Virus record (IMG/VR): IMGVR_UViG_3300040971_000190
Span: 1 to 37,026 of that record
Strand: one strand, 5' to 3'
Source of the DNA: a virus
Lineage: Duplodnaviria > Caudoviricetes
DNA length: 37,026 nt
A program made the translations under genes and the position numbers. The number at the start of each line of letters is the position of its first letter. Position 1 is the stretch's first letter. Positions 18,850 through 27,660 of this stretch are shown one piece after another. The notes beneath the pieces were generated by a model that ran no database searches, was not told the DNA's origin, and was given only the letters and a program-made list of their open reading frames with translations.

Positions 18850-19289
18850 TGCAAAAAAGCAGCGGCAAAGGATGGGAACTGCGCTGGAATGGGCAGGAAG
18901 TATCTAACAGGGTGTTGGATACGGTCCTGATTCCCGCGTTTTCAGATTTTGCATTGGACGTGGAAGGCACCAGTAAACGCCAGTTGAAGCCGGGAGCCGG
19001 AAAACTGACGGGTACTTTACAGCGATCCATCCACGCGGCTGACCCGGATTACAAATGGTCTCAGGATGACATTCCACCGGTCAGAGGATCTGCCGAAAAG
19101 GGTGGACGTAAGGTTTTGGCCGTGCGCAAAGGTAAAACCATCATCATTCTGGTCGGGTCCGGATTGCGTTACGCGCTGCCGGTGCATCAGGGTCATGGCA
19201 GTTATGCCGGGATACCGTATCTGAAAAACGGATTGGGAGCCGCCCAGGGCCGATTAAAACGGCACATAGAAAGGTACAGCGTCAAATGA
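18849..19289 (+). CDS. Neck/tail completion protein (HK97 gp10-like)
   Basis: TGTLQRSI, YALPVHQG and PYL motifs. Confidence 0.75.
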   Translation: MQKSSGKGWELRWNGQEVSNRVLDTVLIPAFSDFALDVEGTSKRQLKPGAGKLTGTLQRSIHAADPDYKWSQDDIPPVRGSAEKGGRKVLAVRKGKTIIILVGSGLRYALPVHQGHGSYAGIPYLKNGLGAAQGRLKRHIERYSVK

Positions 19290-19711
19290 GCCTGATCAAT
19301 CCGGTTGAAGTGGTAATTAATTGGTTTCTGGCCAATGCCGCCAGTTTTGGCGTTGGTACGCGCGTGGCCGGCCAGCATCGTTTTGGCACGGAAAACGCCT
19401 GGACTCCAGGCCAGCGCTGTATTACGGCTCGTATGGATGATGCCGAACTGAGCAATTATGTCCCGCTGCATGCGGTACGTTTGGAAGTGCGTTTTTATGG
19501 CGCCAGCCAGGCAGACGCGGCGGCGATGTGGATGGCCATGCTGCCATTAGCCAGAGCGGTACGACGCAACGCTATCAGTACAGATCTGGGCAATGCATTA
19601 CTGCACAGTTTAGTGCAGTCATCCGGGCCATCCATGCTATACGATCCGGAGATCAACGTTGATTATGTGCTGATGTTCTGGACCGGAATCATCGGAGAGA
19701 ATTCGATATGA
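19286..19711 (+). CDS. Tail terminator
   Basis: Synteny before major tail protein; 141 aa. Confidence 0.65.
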   Translation: MSLINPVEVVINWFLANAASFGVGTRVAGQHRFGTENAWTPGQRCITARMDDAELSNYVPLHAVRLEVRFYGASQADAAAMWMAMLPLARAVRRNAISTDLGNALLHSLVQSSGPSMLYDPEINVDYVLMFWTGIIGENSI

Positions 19712-19899
19712 AACAGGTAGATAGTGAAAATAAGGCTTTTACGCCAGGCGGTGACAACAAAGGCACCGTAAAGGTCAAGCTGAAAGAAAATCGCGCAATT
19801 GCCGGTAAAAAACCGGGCGATATTGTCGTTGTCTCTCCGGCCTATGCCAGAGAATTAATACATTCGGGTTATGCCGAAAAGGTGGTGAATGATGGATAG
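19708..19899 (+). CDS. Small protein resembling ribosomal L9 N-terminal domain
   Basis: KVKLKENRAIAGKKPGDIVVVSPAYARELIHSGYA; coupled to neighbours. Confidence 0.55.
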   Translation: MKQVDSENKAFTPGGDNKGTVKVKLKENRAIAGKKPGDIVVVSPAYARELIHSGYAEKVVNDG

Positions 19900-20473
19900 T
19901 TTACAAATTTTGGTTGGAGCCGGGAAGTTGTATATGGCTCCGTTGGCCACTGCGTTCCCTTTAGTCGATGCCGCGCCTGCCGTGGCATGGGTGTTCCTTG
20001 GTGAAACAGATGGCGGTGTAACCGTTACCAAAAAACAGACCGTGGATGTACACCGGGTAGATCAGTTTACCGGTCCGATCAAAGCCACACGGTCTGAAGA
20101 GGATGTGGTTATTGAAACCAGCCTGGCCGTGATGACGCTGGAAAATATGGCGGATGTCATTGGAAATGCGGTAGCAGATACCGCGCCAGGCGCAGGAACT
20201 GCCGGTTATCGCAAACTGGGATTGACCAGCGGTTTTGATGTGGATGAGCATGCATTTCTTTTCCGTGCTGATTCCCCGTATCTGGCTGGAAAATATGCCC
20301 AGTATGAACTGCCAATTGGTGTGTTCAACCAGGATGAAGTTGGCATGGAATACGTCAAGGATGGAAAAACATTGATGCCGATCAGCATTCTGGCGCTGGT
20401 AAACCCAAGTGCCGCTACCGAAGACGAGCAGTTTGGCCGTCTGGTAGCGCAAGATGCCCTGCCCACAGGATAA
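19889..20473 (+). CDS. Major tail tube protein
   Basis: ILVGAGKLY...WVFLGETDGGV motif; synteny. Confidence 0.85.
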   Translation: MMDSLQILVGAGKLYMAPLATAFPLVDAAPAVAWVFLGETDGGVTVTKKQTVDVHRVDQFTGPIKATRSEEDVVIETSLAVMTLENMADVIGNAVADTAPGAGTAGYRKLGLTSGFDVDEHAFLFRADSPYLAGKYAQYELPIGVFNQDEVGMEYVKDGKTLMPISILALVNPSAATEDEQFGRLVAQDALPTG

Positions 20474-20479
20474 ACAAAA

Positions 20480-20878
20480 ATGACAACCGAGAAACCCACA
20501 AAAAAATTGAATTTGGATGAGATCTTCGGCGTTGATCGACCGATATTAATTGAGTTGAAAGGCGTCCAGTATCCCTTGCTGCGGCCGGAGTCCATGCCAG
20601 CGGAAAGGATTTTGCGCTGGGAACGTATGGAAGAGGGTATGCGGCAAATCTCCAAAAGTGAAATTGACGATGAAACTAAAGCCGCGAAACTGGAGGCGGT
20701 TATCGTTGATTTACTGGAGATGGTTTGCGGAACACCAAAACTGCCGGTACATGAAATGTCGTTTTTGATGAAGACCACGGTTTTGGAATTTTATACCAGC
20801 GAGATTGGTGCTGTAAAAAACGCACCAGCTCCTCAGCCGGAGAACTTGCCGACTGGGGAGACGTCTTCGCCGAGTTAA
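20480..20878 (+). CDS. Tail assembly chaperone (gpG-like)
   Basis: Between tail tube and tape measure; in-frame slippery heptamer near the 3' end. Confidence 0.8.
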   Translation: MTTEKPTKKLNLDEIFGVDRPILIELKGVQYPLLRPESMPAERILRWERMEEGMRQISKSEIDDETKAAKLEAVIVDLLEMVCGTPKLPVHEMSFLMKTTVLEFYTSEIGAVKNAPAPQPENLPTGETSSPS

Positions 20879-21162
20879 TGTATTGGTGCGGCCTGGGTTT
20901 CTCGGATCTGGCCTCCATGCCGATGGCAACCGTTCAAGTGATTTACGAGCGGTTGCCACGGCTCAAGGCAGAGCATGAACTTATGTTGATTGAGGCAAAC
21001 AGCGTTGTCAGTATGAAGGAATCCGATCGCAGATCGGTTATGCAGCGCCTGATGTTAGAGATCAGCGGCGAACCCAGGATCAAAGCCAGAGTAGCCAGTC
21101 CGGATGAATTGGCAAGAATCGGCATCAAAGTGGTAGGAATTGGAGTGGAAAGGATCATGTAA
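20815..21162 (+). CDS. Tail assembly chaperone extension (gpGT-like) via -1 frameshift
   Basis: A-AAA-AAC at 20815-20821; -1 frame open to 21162 and includes ORF 20878..21162. Confidence 0.75.
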   Translation, partial: KKRTSSSAGELADWGDVFAELMYWCGLGFSDLASMPMATVQVIYERLPRLKAEHELMLIEANSVVSMKESDRRSVMQRLMLEISGEPRIKARVASPDELARIGIKVVGIGVERIM

Positions 21163-22964
21163 TGGGACTTTTTGGAGGAGATGCATCACTAGGCGCTGCC
21201 ATTTTGAAACTGGGTGCTGATCAGAGCCAGTTGGACCAGGACATGAATAAAGCCCGGTCCGGGGCGTTAGGCGTGCTCAAAAATATGGCATCCGTAGCAG
21301 GTGGGATTATCTCTGCGGATTTGATTATGCGCGGGGTAAAAGCAGTTATCGGCTTTGGCAAAGAAGCCGTTCTCTCCGCTGGCGACGCCATGGAAACTAT
21401 GGGCAAGTTTGAGGTTTCCTTTGGAGATGCGGCCGGAAGCGCACAAAAAAGCCTGGAAGAATTTGCCAGTGCGGTGGGTAGAAACAAATATGAACTGATT
21501 GAAATGGCTGCCAACCAGGGGGCAGTTTATAAATCGCTTGGTCTTGGTGAAAAAGCAGCCGCGGATTATTCCACCAAGCTGTCTCAACTGGCTGTGGATG
21601 TTGGTTCGTTCAATAATGCAAAATCTGAGGACGTATCCAACGCATTTACCAAGGCGATGACCGGAGAATTTGAGTCTCTAAAAACGTATGGTATTGTGCT
21701 CAATCAAACCATGCTTCAGGAAAAATTGCGCAGCATGGGCATTACCGAAAATATCAACAAGGTAGATCAGGCAACCAAGGCAGAAGCCATATATTCTCTC
21801 TTGCTGGAGCGCACCAGCGACGCGCAGGGGGATGCTACACGTACCAGCGGAAGTTTTGCGAACCAGATGCTGGCACTCAAGAGCCGCCTGGAAGAAGCAA
21901 AAACAACCATCGGTTTACAGTTGCTGCCAGTGTTAACTCCCATGCTGGGAAAATTCAATGAGATGGCGTCCACCGTTTTGCCGCAGGTGATTGCAGGATT
22001 TGGTAATTTCGCCTCCTGGTTGGAGATTGTGATTACCGATGGCGACTTGCTGAATGATTACCTGTTGAATATGATTCCACCGTGGCTGAAAGATGAAATT
22101 TATGGTTTGGGAACGGCGGCTTCGAATTTGCAATTGGCATTCCAGCAGTCCTGGCCGATGATCCAGGGGCATGTAAAAGCGTTTGCGGATTGGTACCAGG
22201 CCAACGTGCAGCCAACGGTTGAAAATTCGACCAATAATATTAAGGACATTCTCAACCAACTGGCTATTTTCTGGAAAAACCATGGCGATGAAGTCATTCA
22301 GATCCTGACGGTGGCGTTCGAGATTATCACTGTCACCATCGGTGGGGCAATGAACCTCATCACCGGTCTGGTTTCTGCAGGTATGCAAGCAGCTTCCGGG
22401 GATATGGAAGGTGCCAGTCTGACCATGAGAAATACCTGGACAACCTTCATGAATTCAGTCCTTTCAATTACCGGTACCAATATGACAGAATTCAACAAAG
22501 TTTGGGCTGGTAATTGGGAAATGGCAAAAATTATTGTAGATCAGACGATGGAAAATATTGCCAGAACCCTGGTTGGGTTTGTGGTGAAATTTTATCTGGC
22601 GGGTCAGAACATTATCAATGGGTTGATCAACGGTATAGAAAGCCGCCTGGCAGCGTTGAAGAGTGTCATTGCGGATGCAATGCGGCTGGTGATCCGGATT
22701 GTTGAAATAACGATGAATATGCAGAGTCCATCAAAAGTGATGGATCAAAAAGGCGCGTATATCATGAGCGGTCTGGAAAACGGGGTACGTAAAAACACCT
22801 CACGTCCAGTCAATGCCATGCGTGATTCGATGAATGCCATCCTCAATACCGCGACCAACAGCATCACCAAGAAGACGGATTACAACATGATTGCACAGTA
22901 TCCGTATCAAAGCCCGATCAGTCTGATGGATCAGGTCAAAATTATGAATTTATTGGAGGCATAA
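21162..22964 (+). CDS. Tape measure protein
   Basis: 600 aa, Ala/Gly-rich helical, periodic W/F residues, MQSPSKVM motif. Confidence 0.92.
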   Translation: MGLFGGDASLGAAILKLGADQSQLDQDMNKARSGALGVLKNMASVAGGIISADLIMRGVKAVIGFGKEAVLSAGDAMETMGKFEVSFGDAAGSAQKSLEEFASAVGRNKYELIEMAANQGAVYKSLGLGEKAAADYSTKLSQLAVDVGSFNNAKSEDVSNAFTKAMTGEFESLKTYGIVLNQTMLQEKLRSMGITENINKVDQATKAEAIYSLLLERTSDAQGDATRTSGSFANQMLALKSRLEEAKTTIGLQLLPVLTPMLGKFNEMASTVLPQVIAGFGNFASWLEIVITDGDLLNDYLLNMIPPWLKDEIYGLGTAASNLQLAFQQSWPMIQGHVKAFADWYQANVQPTVENSTNNIKDILNQLAIFWKNHGDEVIQILTVAFEIITVTIGGAMNLITGLVSAGMQAASGDMEGASLTMRNTWTTFMNSVLSITGTNMTEFNKVWAGNWEMAKIIVDQTMENIARTLVGFVVKFYLAGQNIINGLINGIESRLAALKSVIADAMRLVIRIVEITMNMQSPSKVMDQKGAYIMSGLENGVRKNTSRPVNAMRDSMNAILNTATNSITKKTDYNMIAQYPYQSPISLMDQVKIMNLLEA

Positions 22965-22966
22965 AC

Positions 22967-23851
22967 ATGGCACTTAGTTGGACTTTGGACGGTGTGGAAT
23001 ACGACCTTGAAAATGGTGAACTTTGCTACCACCAGGGCAATGCCGGGTTTGGTATGGCGCCATTCCACCGGCTTGAGGAGCGCGGACCATTGCAACACGG
23101 GGTTACAGACCGGGGTTACCGCCTGGATGCGCGTACCATTCAACTGGCTTTAGCGTTATTTGCACACACCAGAGAGGATTTGTATATCAAGAGAAATCAG
23201 ATCCTGGCTATTTTTCAGCCGTTGGAGGTTGCAGGTACGCTGAAATCGACAGAGGGCACCCGGGTGCGCTGTATCGATTGTTATGCCCAGGGTGGCGGGT
23301 TAGCTTTTTTGACCAGTGATCGCAAGGGATTCTGGCAAAAGGCAGCGGTAATTTTAAAAGCGGATGACCCAACCTGGTATAACCCGGATGGTAAAGCCGT
23401 GACATTCTCTCTCTCCGGCGGTGGGTCCGGGACACCGGTTCCGACACCGGTGCCAACCAGCGTTGGTGCATCGACGATCAATGAGTCTTACACGATTGAT
23501 TACAGCGGTACGGCTCCCTCGTTTCCGCATCTGATCCGGTTTACCGGACCGATCACAGATCCGGTACTGATCAACAATTCGACAGGTGATAAGCTGGATT
23601 TCACCGGTACAACCATCGTGGACGGCGATTATTACGACATTGATCTGCGTTTCGACAAAAAAACCGTAGTCAATGCGGCTGGGGTAAATAAAGAGCATTT
23701 ATTGAGTGATGATTCCAGCATTACTACCTGGAATATTGAACGCGCACCGGTTGCGCCAGGTGGTCAGAACTCGATCACAGCCACCGGAAGCGGGGCAAAC
23801 GCCAATACAAAAATAGATATTTCATATTATGAACGGGATTCAGGAGTATAG
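22967..23851 (+). CDS. Distal tail protein (Dit)
   Basis: Follows tape measure; LKADDPTWY and GPITDPVL motifs. Confidence 0.8.
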   Translation: MALSWTLDGVEYDLENGELCYHQGNAGFGMAPFHRLEERGPLQHGVTDRGYRLDARTIQLALALFAHTREDLYIKRNQILAIFQPLEVAGTLKSTEGTRVRCIDCYAQGGGLAFLTSDRKGFWQKAAVILKADDPTWYNPDGKAVTFSLSGGGSGTPVPTPVPTSVGASTINESYTIDYSGTAPSFPHLIRFTGPITDPVLINNSTGDKLDFTGTTIVDGDYYDIDLRFDKKTVVNAAGVNKEHLLSDDSSITTWNIERAPVAPGGQNSITATGSGANANTKIDISYYERDSGV

Positions 23852-23853
23852 TC

Positions 23854-24855
23854 ATGGCAGAAAAAAGTTATTTATGGACAACCGGTGGTGCCGGTGATGG
23901 ATCGGCCACCTACAGCCGAGCGGATTGGTCAAAAATTGTACAGATCGTGGCAGCCTGCCTGGCGCAGATTGGTATTGCACCGAATGCTTTGAACGCCTGT
24001 GCCGGATCTATCCCGGCTGCCAACACCGTGCGCGTGGCCAGCGGTATGGCGATTGTGGACGGTATATCGTATATCAGTGACGCCAATGTGGATGTAGCTA
24101 TTCCATCCGCGGTGGGTGGTGGCAATACACGAATTGACCGGGTAGTTTTGCGGGCCAACTGGACAGCACAGACCGTGCGCGTTACCAGAATTGCAGGAAC
24201 AGACGCGGCCACTCCGACCGCACCGGCATTGACGCAGACCAGCGGAACAACCTATGACGTTCCTCTCTTCCAGGTAACGGTAAACACTTCCGGAACGGTG
24301 ACGATCACCACAGATGAGCGCCTGATGGCGCGCGTGCAAACAAACGGGATTACCGATGCCAATATCACGGCGGCTAAGCTGGCGACAGATGCTGTGGAAA
24401 CTGCCAAGATAAAAGATGCCAATGTAACAGCGGTAAAACTGGCAACCGATGCGGTAGAGACTGCCAAAATAAAAGATGCCAATGTCACGTTGGCAAAACT
24501 GGCAGCCGATTCGGTGGATGACACGAAAGCCGGGAACAGGATTGCTCAGTTTTACCGGCGCCAGGGTGGCAGTTCCAGTAATTGGATAACCAGTGGAACA
24601 ACTACTTATACACCTACAGCAGTTCGTGCTCAGATGGGCATTGCATATTTAGCAACGACAGGGACTGAGACTATAACTTTCCCAGTTGCATTCTCAAACG
24701 CGCCGATAGTTTTGGCGTGTGCATATAATCCGTCACAGCCAATGGTGGTAAGTGTTTCCAATGTTTTAGCGACAGAGTTTAGCATAACCCGTCATAACTT
24801 GTCAGGTTCCCAAATGGCAGGCGCAGTAACCTGGATTGCTATAGGACCGGAATAA
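23854..24855 (+). CDS. Baseplate/tail fibre protein with 20-aa repeats and C-terminal lectin-like domain
   Basis: RIDRVVLR and YDVPLFQV baseplate motifs; DANVTAxKLATDAVETAKIK repeats; TITFPVAFSNAP...WIAIG C-terminus. Confidence 0.75.
   Translation: MAEKSYLWTTGGAGDGSATYSRADWSKIVQIVAACLAQIGIAPNALNACAGSIPAANTVRVASGMAIVDGISYISDANVDVAIPSAVGGGNTRIDRVVLRANWTAQTVRVTRIAGTDAATPTAPALTQTSGTTYDVPLFQVTVNTSGTVTITTDERLMARVQTNGITDANITAAKLATDAVETAKIKDANVTAVKLATDAVETAKIKDANVTLAKLAADSVDDTKAGNRIAQFYRRQGGSSSNWITSGTTTYTPTAVRAQMGIAYLATTGTETITFPVAFSNAPIVLACAYNPSQPMVVSVSNVLATEFSITRHNLSGSQMAGAVTWIAIGPE
24355..24527 (+). repeat. About three tandem 60-bp coding repeats
   Basis: GATGCCAAT units start at 24355, 24415, 24475. 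Confidence 0.85.
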
Positions 24856-24856
24856 G

Positions 24857-25960
24857 ATGGCTAACGATTTTCGCATCGATCTGTTCTCTCCGGCCGGGGT
24901 GCGTTTTGCGCAGGTCAACCGCTTTACTGCGCTGGCATTTCGAAGTGAAGTAAATTGGGCGGGCCGACTGACGGCCCGCTTCAACGCAGCCGATGCCGTT
25001 GTTTCGCAGTTGGAAGATAAAAGCCATGTGGAACTGTACTGGCGGGATAAGGCGCTCTCTCCCACCTGGATTAAGTTGTTTGGTGGAATCTACCGCAAAC
25101 GCCATTTTGAGCAGCAGGACACTAAGGTGTTTGAGCTGACCGCGTTGGACTATAAAATTATGCTGGCGTATAGGGTGAATGCGTTCTATGCCAACCTGTC
25201 CAATAAGACAAAATTCATCGGTGTGGCGGCTGAAACGATTATGAAAACGCTGGTACAGTACAACCTGACCAGCAGCGCAACCACTGTAAATGGCAGGCTA
25301 AGAGCTGGAACCAATTGGCCATCCACAGTGATCAGTTTGCAGGCTGATGCCGCTGGCGGGAATGCGCTGGATTGGTACTGCGCTCAGGTGACCATCCTGG
25401 AAAATTTGCGCGATTTAGCGCTGATTTCCGGGGGAGATTTTGACCTGATCAAAACTGGCACGAATGCATTTCAATTTCGCTGGTATTCCGGTCAGCGTGG
25501 CACAGATAAGCACACAACCGTTATATTCTCTGTTGCTCGGGGTAATATGGGGTCACCAACCTATGATCTGGACCTAAGCCAGGAGTTTACATCCGGAATT
25601 ATTGGCGGTCAGGGAGAGGACAGCGACCGGGATTTTGCAACAGCGACCGGGGCCAATTACGCAGCCGGGAATGATATAGAAACATTTGTGGCGGCCACGC
25701 AAATAGAAAAAGGCAACCTGGCAGGTTTGGCCGACGCTGGTGCAAAACGCCTGACAGAATTGCAGGCGTATGACGTGTTTGGATTTGATATTCTTCAAAC
25801 GCAGAATACACAGTTTGGTGTGCATTATGGACTGGGTGACCTGGTGAGCGTTGTCAATCCGTTTACGGATGTAGCCAGTACACTGAAGGTCTGGGCTGTC
25901 AATGGCGAATTGCAGGATACAGGAATGACTAAATTGAGCGTGGAGGTAGGTACGCCATGA
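24857..25960 (+). CDS. Baseplate hub/minor tail protein (ReqiPepy6 Gp37-like)
   Basis: GGQGEDSDR and FGVHYGLGDLVSV motifs; synteny. Confidence 0.75.
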   Translation: MANDFRIDLFSPAGVRFAQVNRFTALAFRSEVNWAGRLTARFNAADAVVSQLEDKSHVELYWRDKALSPTWIKLFGGIYRKRHFEQQDTKVFELTALDYKIMLAYRVNAFYANLSNKTKFIGVAAETIMKTLVQYNLTSSATTVNGRLRAGTNWPSTVISLQADAAGGNALDWYCAQVTILENLRDLALISGGDFDLIKTGTNAFQFRWYSGQRGTDKHTTVIFSVARGNMGSPTYDLDLSQEFTSGIIGGQGEDSDRDFATATGANYAAGNDIETFVAATQIEKGNLAGLADAGAKRLTELQAYDVFGFDILQTQNTQFGVHYGLGDLVSVVNPFTDVASTLKVWAVNGELQDTGMTKLSVEVGTP

Positions 25961-26706
25961 ATGAATATGAGGCGATAGCACAGAAAATAAGCTCGCTCCA
26001 GGCAAGAATTAAAGAGCTTGAATTGCGGCCTGTTCCGGTTACGTCAACATATATTTTTGATACAGATCCATGGGTGTATGTGGCAGCCGATCAGTTCAAA
26101 GTGGTTGGCAAAGATGTTAGAAGCCGATTCACGACTGGAACAAAAATCAGGTGTTTTAATTCGGCCACAAAATATTTCACTGTGTTAAGTGCTGCGTTTG
26201 GCACAGATACGACGGTAACCTTGACTGGTGGATCGGATTATGCTCTGGCAAATGCCGCAATCAGCGCCAATTATTACAGTTATGTATTCCCGCATGATTT
26301 TCCTGCGTTGTTCAGCTATTCGCCGATATGGACAGCGGCAACCACAGGCCCGGTTTTGGGTAATGGTACGCTCATCGGACAGTTTCATATTAATGACAGA
26401 AGTTTGCGCTGCTGGGGTGCTTTGGTTATAGGATCAACTACAACGCTTGGCTCGGGAACCTGGTCAATTTCAATTCCGGCTGCGTGCATCGTGCAACCCA
26501 GCGTACAGTTTCGTTCTCTAGGAAATTTCTGGATCAATGATGTCAATTTGAGCGCAAACAGGCGGGTTGGCTCTGTCAGTGTTGTACGTTATCAAACTGT
26601 AATGAACACGTTTTTTAGCGGCACTCAATCAGTAATTAATGCAACTGCACCATTCGCGTGGGAGGATGGAGATACTCTTCAGTGGGATGTCACTTACCCG
26701 ATCTAA
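25957..26706 (+). CDS. Tail fibre/receptor-binding protein
   Basis: N-terminal coiled coil, Thr/Gly-rich beta C-terminus (GNGTLIG, GSTTTLGSGTWSISIP); last tail gene. Confidence 0.65.
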   Translation: MNEYEAIAQKISSLQARIKELELRPVPVTSTYIFDTDPWVYVAADQFKVVGKDVRSRFTTGTKIRCFNSATKYFTVLSAAFGTDTTVTLTGGSDYALANAAISANYYSYVFPHDFPALFSYSPIWTAATTGPVLGNGTLIGQFHINDRSLRCWGALVIGSTTTLGSGTWSISIPAACIVQPSVQFRSLGNFWINDVNLSANRRVGSVSVVRYQTVMNTFFSGTQSVINATAPFAWEDGDTLQWDVTYPI

Positions 26707-26711
26707 AACGA

Positions 26712-26811
26712 CTATAATACCATCTGGCCACGGCAGGGAGGGATGATGCATCGGTAACGCGCCATTTCATTGCTCCGGAGCAGGACCCTGTCTGTGGCCG
26801 TGGTATTATAG
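26712..26811 (+). ncRNA. Orphan stem-loop RNA unit A
   Basis: CTATAATACCA/TGGTATTATAG plus GGCCACGGCAGGG/CCCTGTCTGTGGCC stem; loop carries CATTTCATTGCTCC, the complement of GGAG-7 nt-ATG. Confidence 0.6.
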
Positions 26812-26875
26812 AAATGTCCGGGTGGAAGAAATTGCTAAGAGTAGATCGCTCATGCAGTTTTCCACCCGGGCATTT
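26812..26875 (+). ncRNA. Orphan antisense RNA unit B, homologous to cassette 2 regulator
   Basis: AAATGTCCGGGTGGAA..AATTGCT-AA-GAG-TAGATCG-CTC-AT-GCAGTT-TTCCACCCGGGCATTT has the same layout as 26991-27059. Confidence 0.7.
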
Positions 26876-26890
26876 GTTTTAAATTGGTGC

Positions 26891-26918
26891 TTGACATTAT
26901 GCGCAAACTTGTTAGAAT
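26891..26918 (+). promoter_or_regulatory. Sigma70-type promoter of cassette 2
   Basis: TTGACA-16 bp-TAGAAT with extended -10 TG. Confidence 0.8.
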
Positions 26919-26925
26919 AGTGATT

Positions 26926-27084
26926 GAGTAGTCAGCTCAATAAAGCGGTTTTTTTTGTTAACTGCCACATAATCTTATATAATTGTGGGTAATTGCCCCA
27001 GATGGAATCTGAATCGCTATAGAGCTGACTACTCCGGCGGTTGTCCATCTGGGGCATTTATCTTAATCAAAAAGGAGTAGTCAA
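26926..27084 (+). ncRNA. Structured antisense riboregulator leader, cassette 2
   Basis: 20-bp stem 26987-27006/27044-27063; seed GAGCTGACTACTCC (27022-27035) complementary to 5' end GAGTAGTCAGCTC (26926-26938) and RBS GGAGTAGTCA (27074-27083). Confidence 0.8.
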
Positions 27085-27486
27085 ATGAATAAGCTTACGG
27101 AAAGTCAGAACGTGTCTAAAGGCCAACAGGCCGAATTGGAGCAAGAATCAGGCAATTTACCGCCACAATTTTTGCATGAAATTGTAGGAATCGCTTTAGA
27201 CAACATCCAGGCCGCGGCAGTTGAGCTGGATGTGCCCGCTTTGGGTGATGCGGTAAAGAGCGCGGTGGCTATCACACAAATCGCGGAGCGCTTTGCCTAC
27301 GGTGATAAATCCGATGTGGATATGGCGGAAGTGGCCAAGCAAGTGCCCATTCTGGCCTGGTCATTGACCCACATGGATGAACAGATCGATGATGGTCATA
27401 TTGTCTTTGAGGATGATAAACAATCGGCGAAATACGATGTCAACAAAACGCCGCGTGAAAACATGGACAATATTGTCAAAATCTAA
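27085..27486 (+). CDS. Unknown alpha-helical protein, paralog of 7366..7683
   Basis: Shared GNxPxQFxHE, PAL, IAERFA, KSxxD and PxLA motifs; AAGGAG RBS. Confidence 0.8.
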   Translation: MNKLTESQNVSKGQQAELEQESGNLPPQFLHEIVGIALDNIQAAAVELDVPALGDAVKSAVAITQIAERFAYGDKSDVDMAEVAKQVPILAWSLTHMDEQIDDGHIVFEDDKQSAKYDVNKTPRENMDNIVKI

Positions 27487-27504
27487 TTTGTAGAAAATAA
27501 AGCG

Positions 27505-27537
27505 AAAGGGCAGGTGATGAGCCTGCCCTTTTTATTT
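27505..27537 (+). terminator. Intrinsic terminator of cassette 2 (possibly bidirectional)
   Basis: AAAGGGCAGG-TGATGAG-CCTGCCCTTTTT. Confidence 0.85.
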
Positions 27538-27660
27538 GTCCGGACGTATCGTCATTTTTATCGGTATTGGCCAATTGTTTTTATTTGGCCACCATCGCCA
27601 TATTTGCGATGGTGACCCGGGTGATCATCGCCATTGCTGGCGGTATTTCCTGGATGTTTC

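Noticed and set aside
9486-26431. Numerous minus-strand and alternate-frame ORFs over lysis, head and tail genes
   Set aside because: Shadow ORFs fully overlapping well-supported + strand genes, without motifs or RBS
26713-26718. TATAAT as promoter for the orphan RNA units
   Set aside because: No acceptable -35 or extended -10, and it lies within the stem of unit A; how these units are transcribed is unresolved
23854-26880. Possible diversity-generating retroelement at tail fibre genes
   Set aside because: No reverse transcriptase and no TR/VR pair seen; the 60-bp repeats differ mostly at synonymous positions
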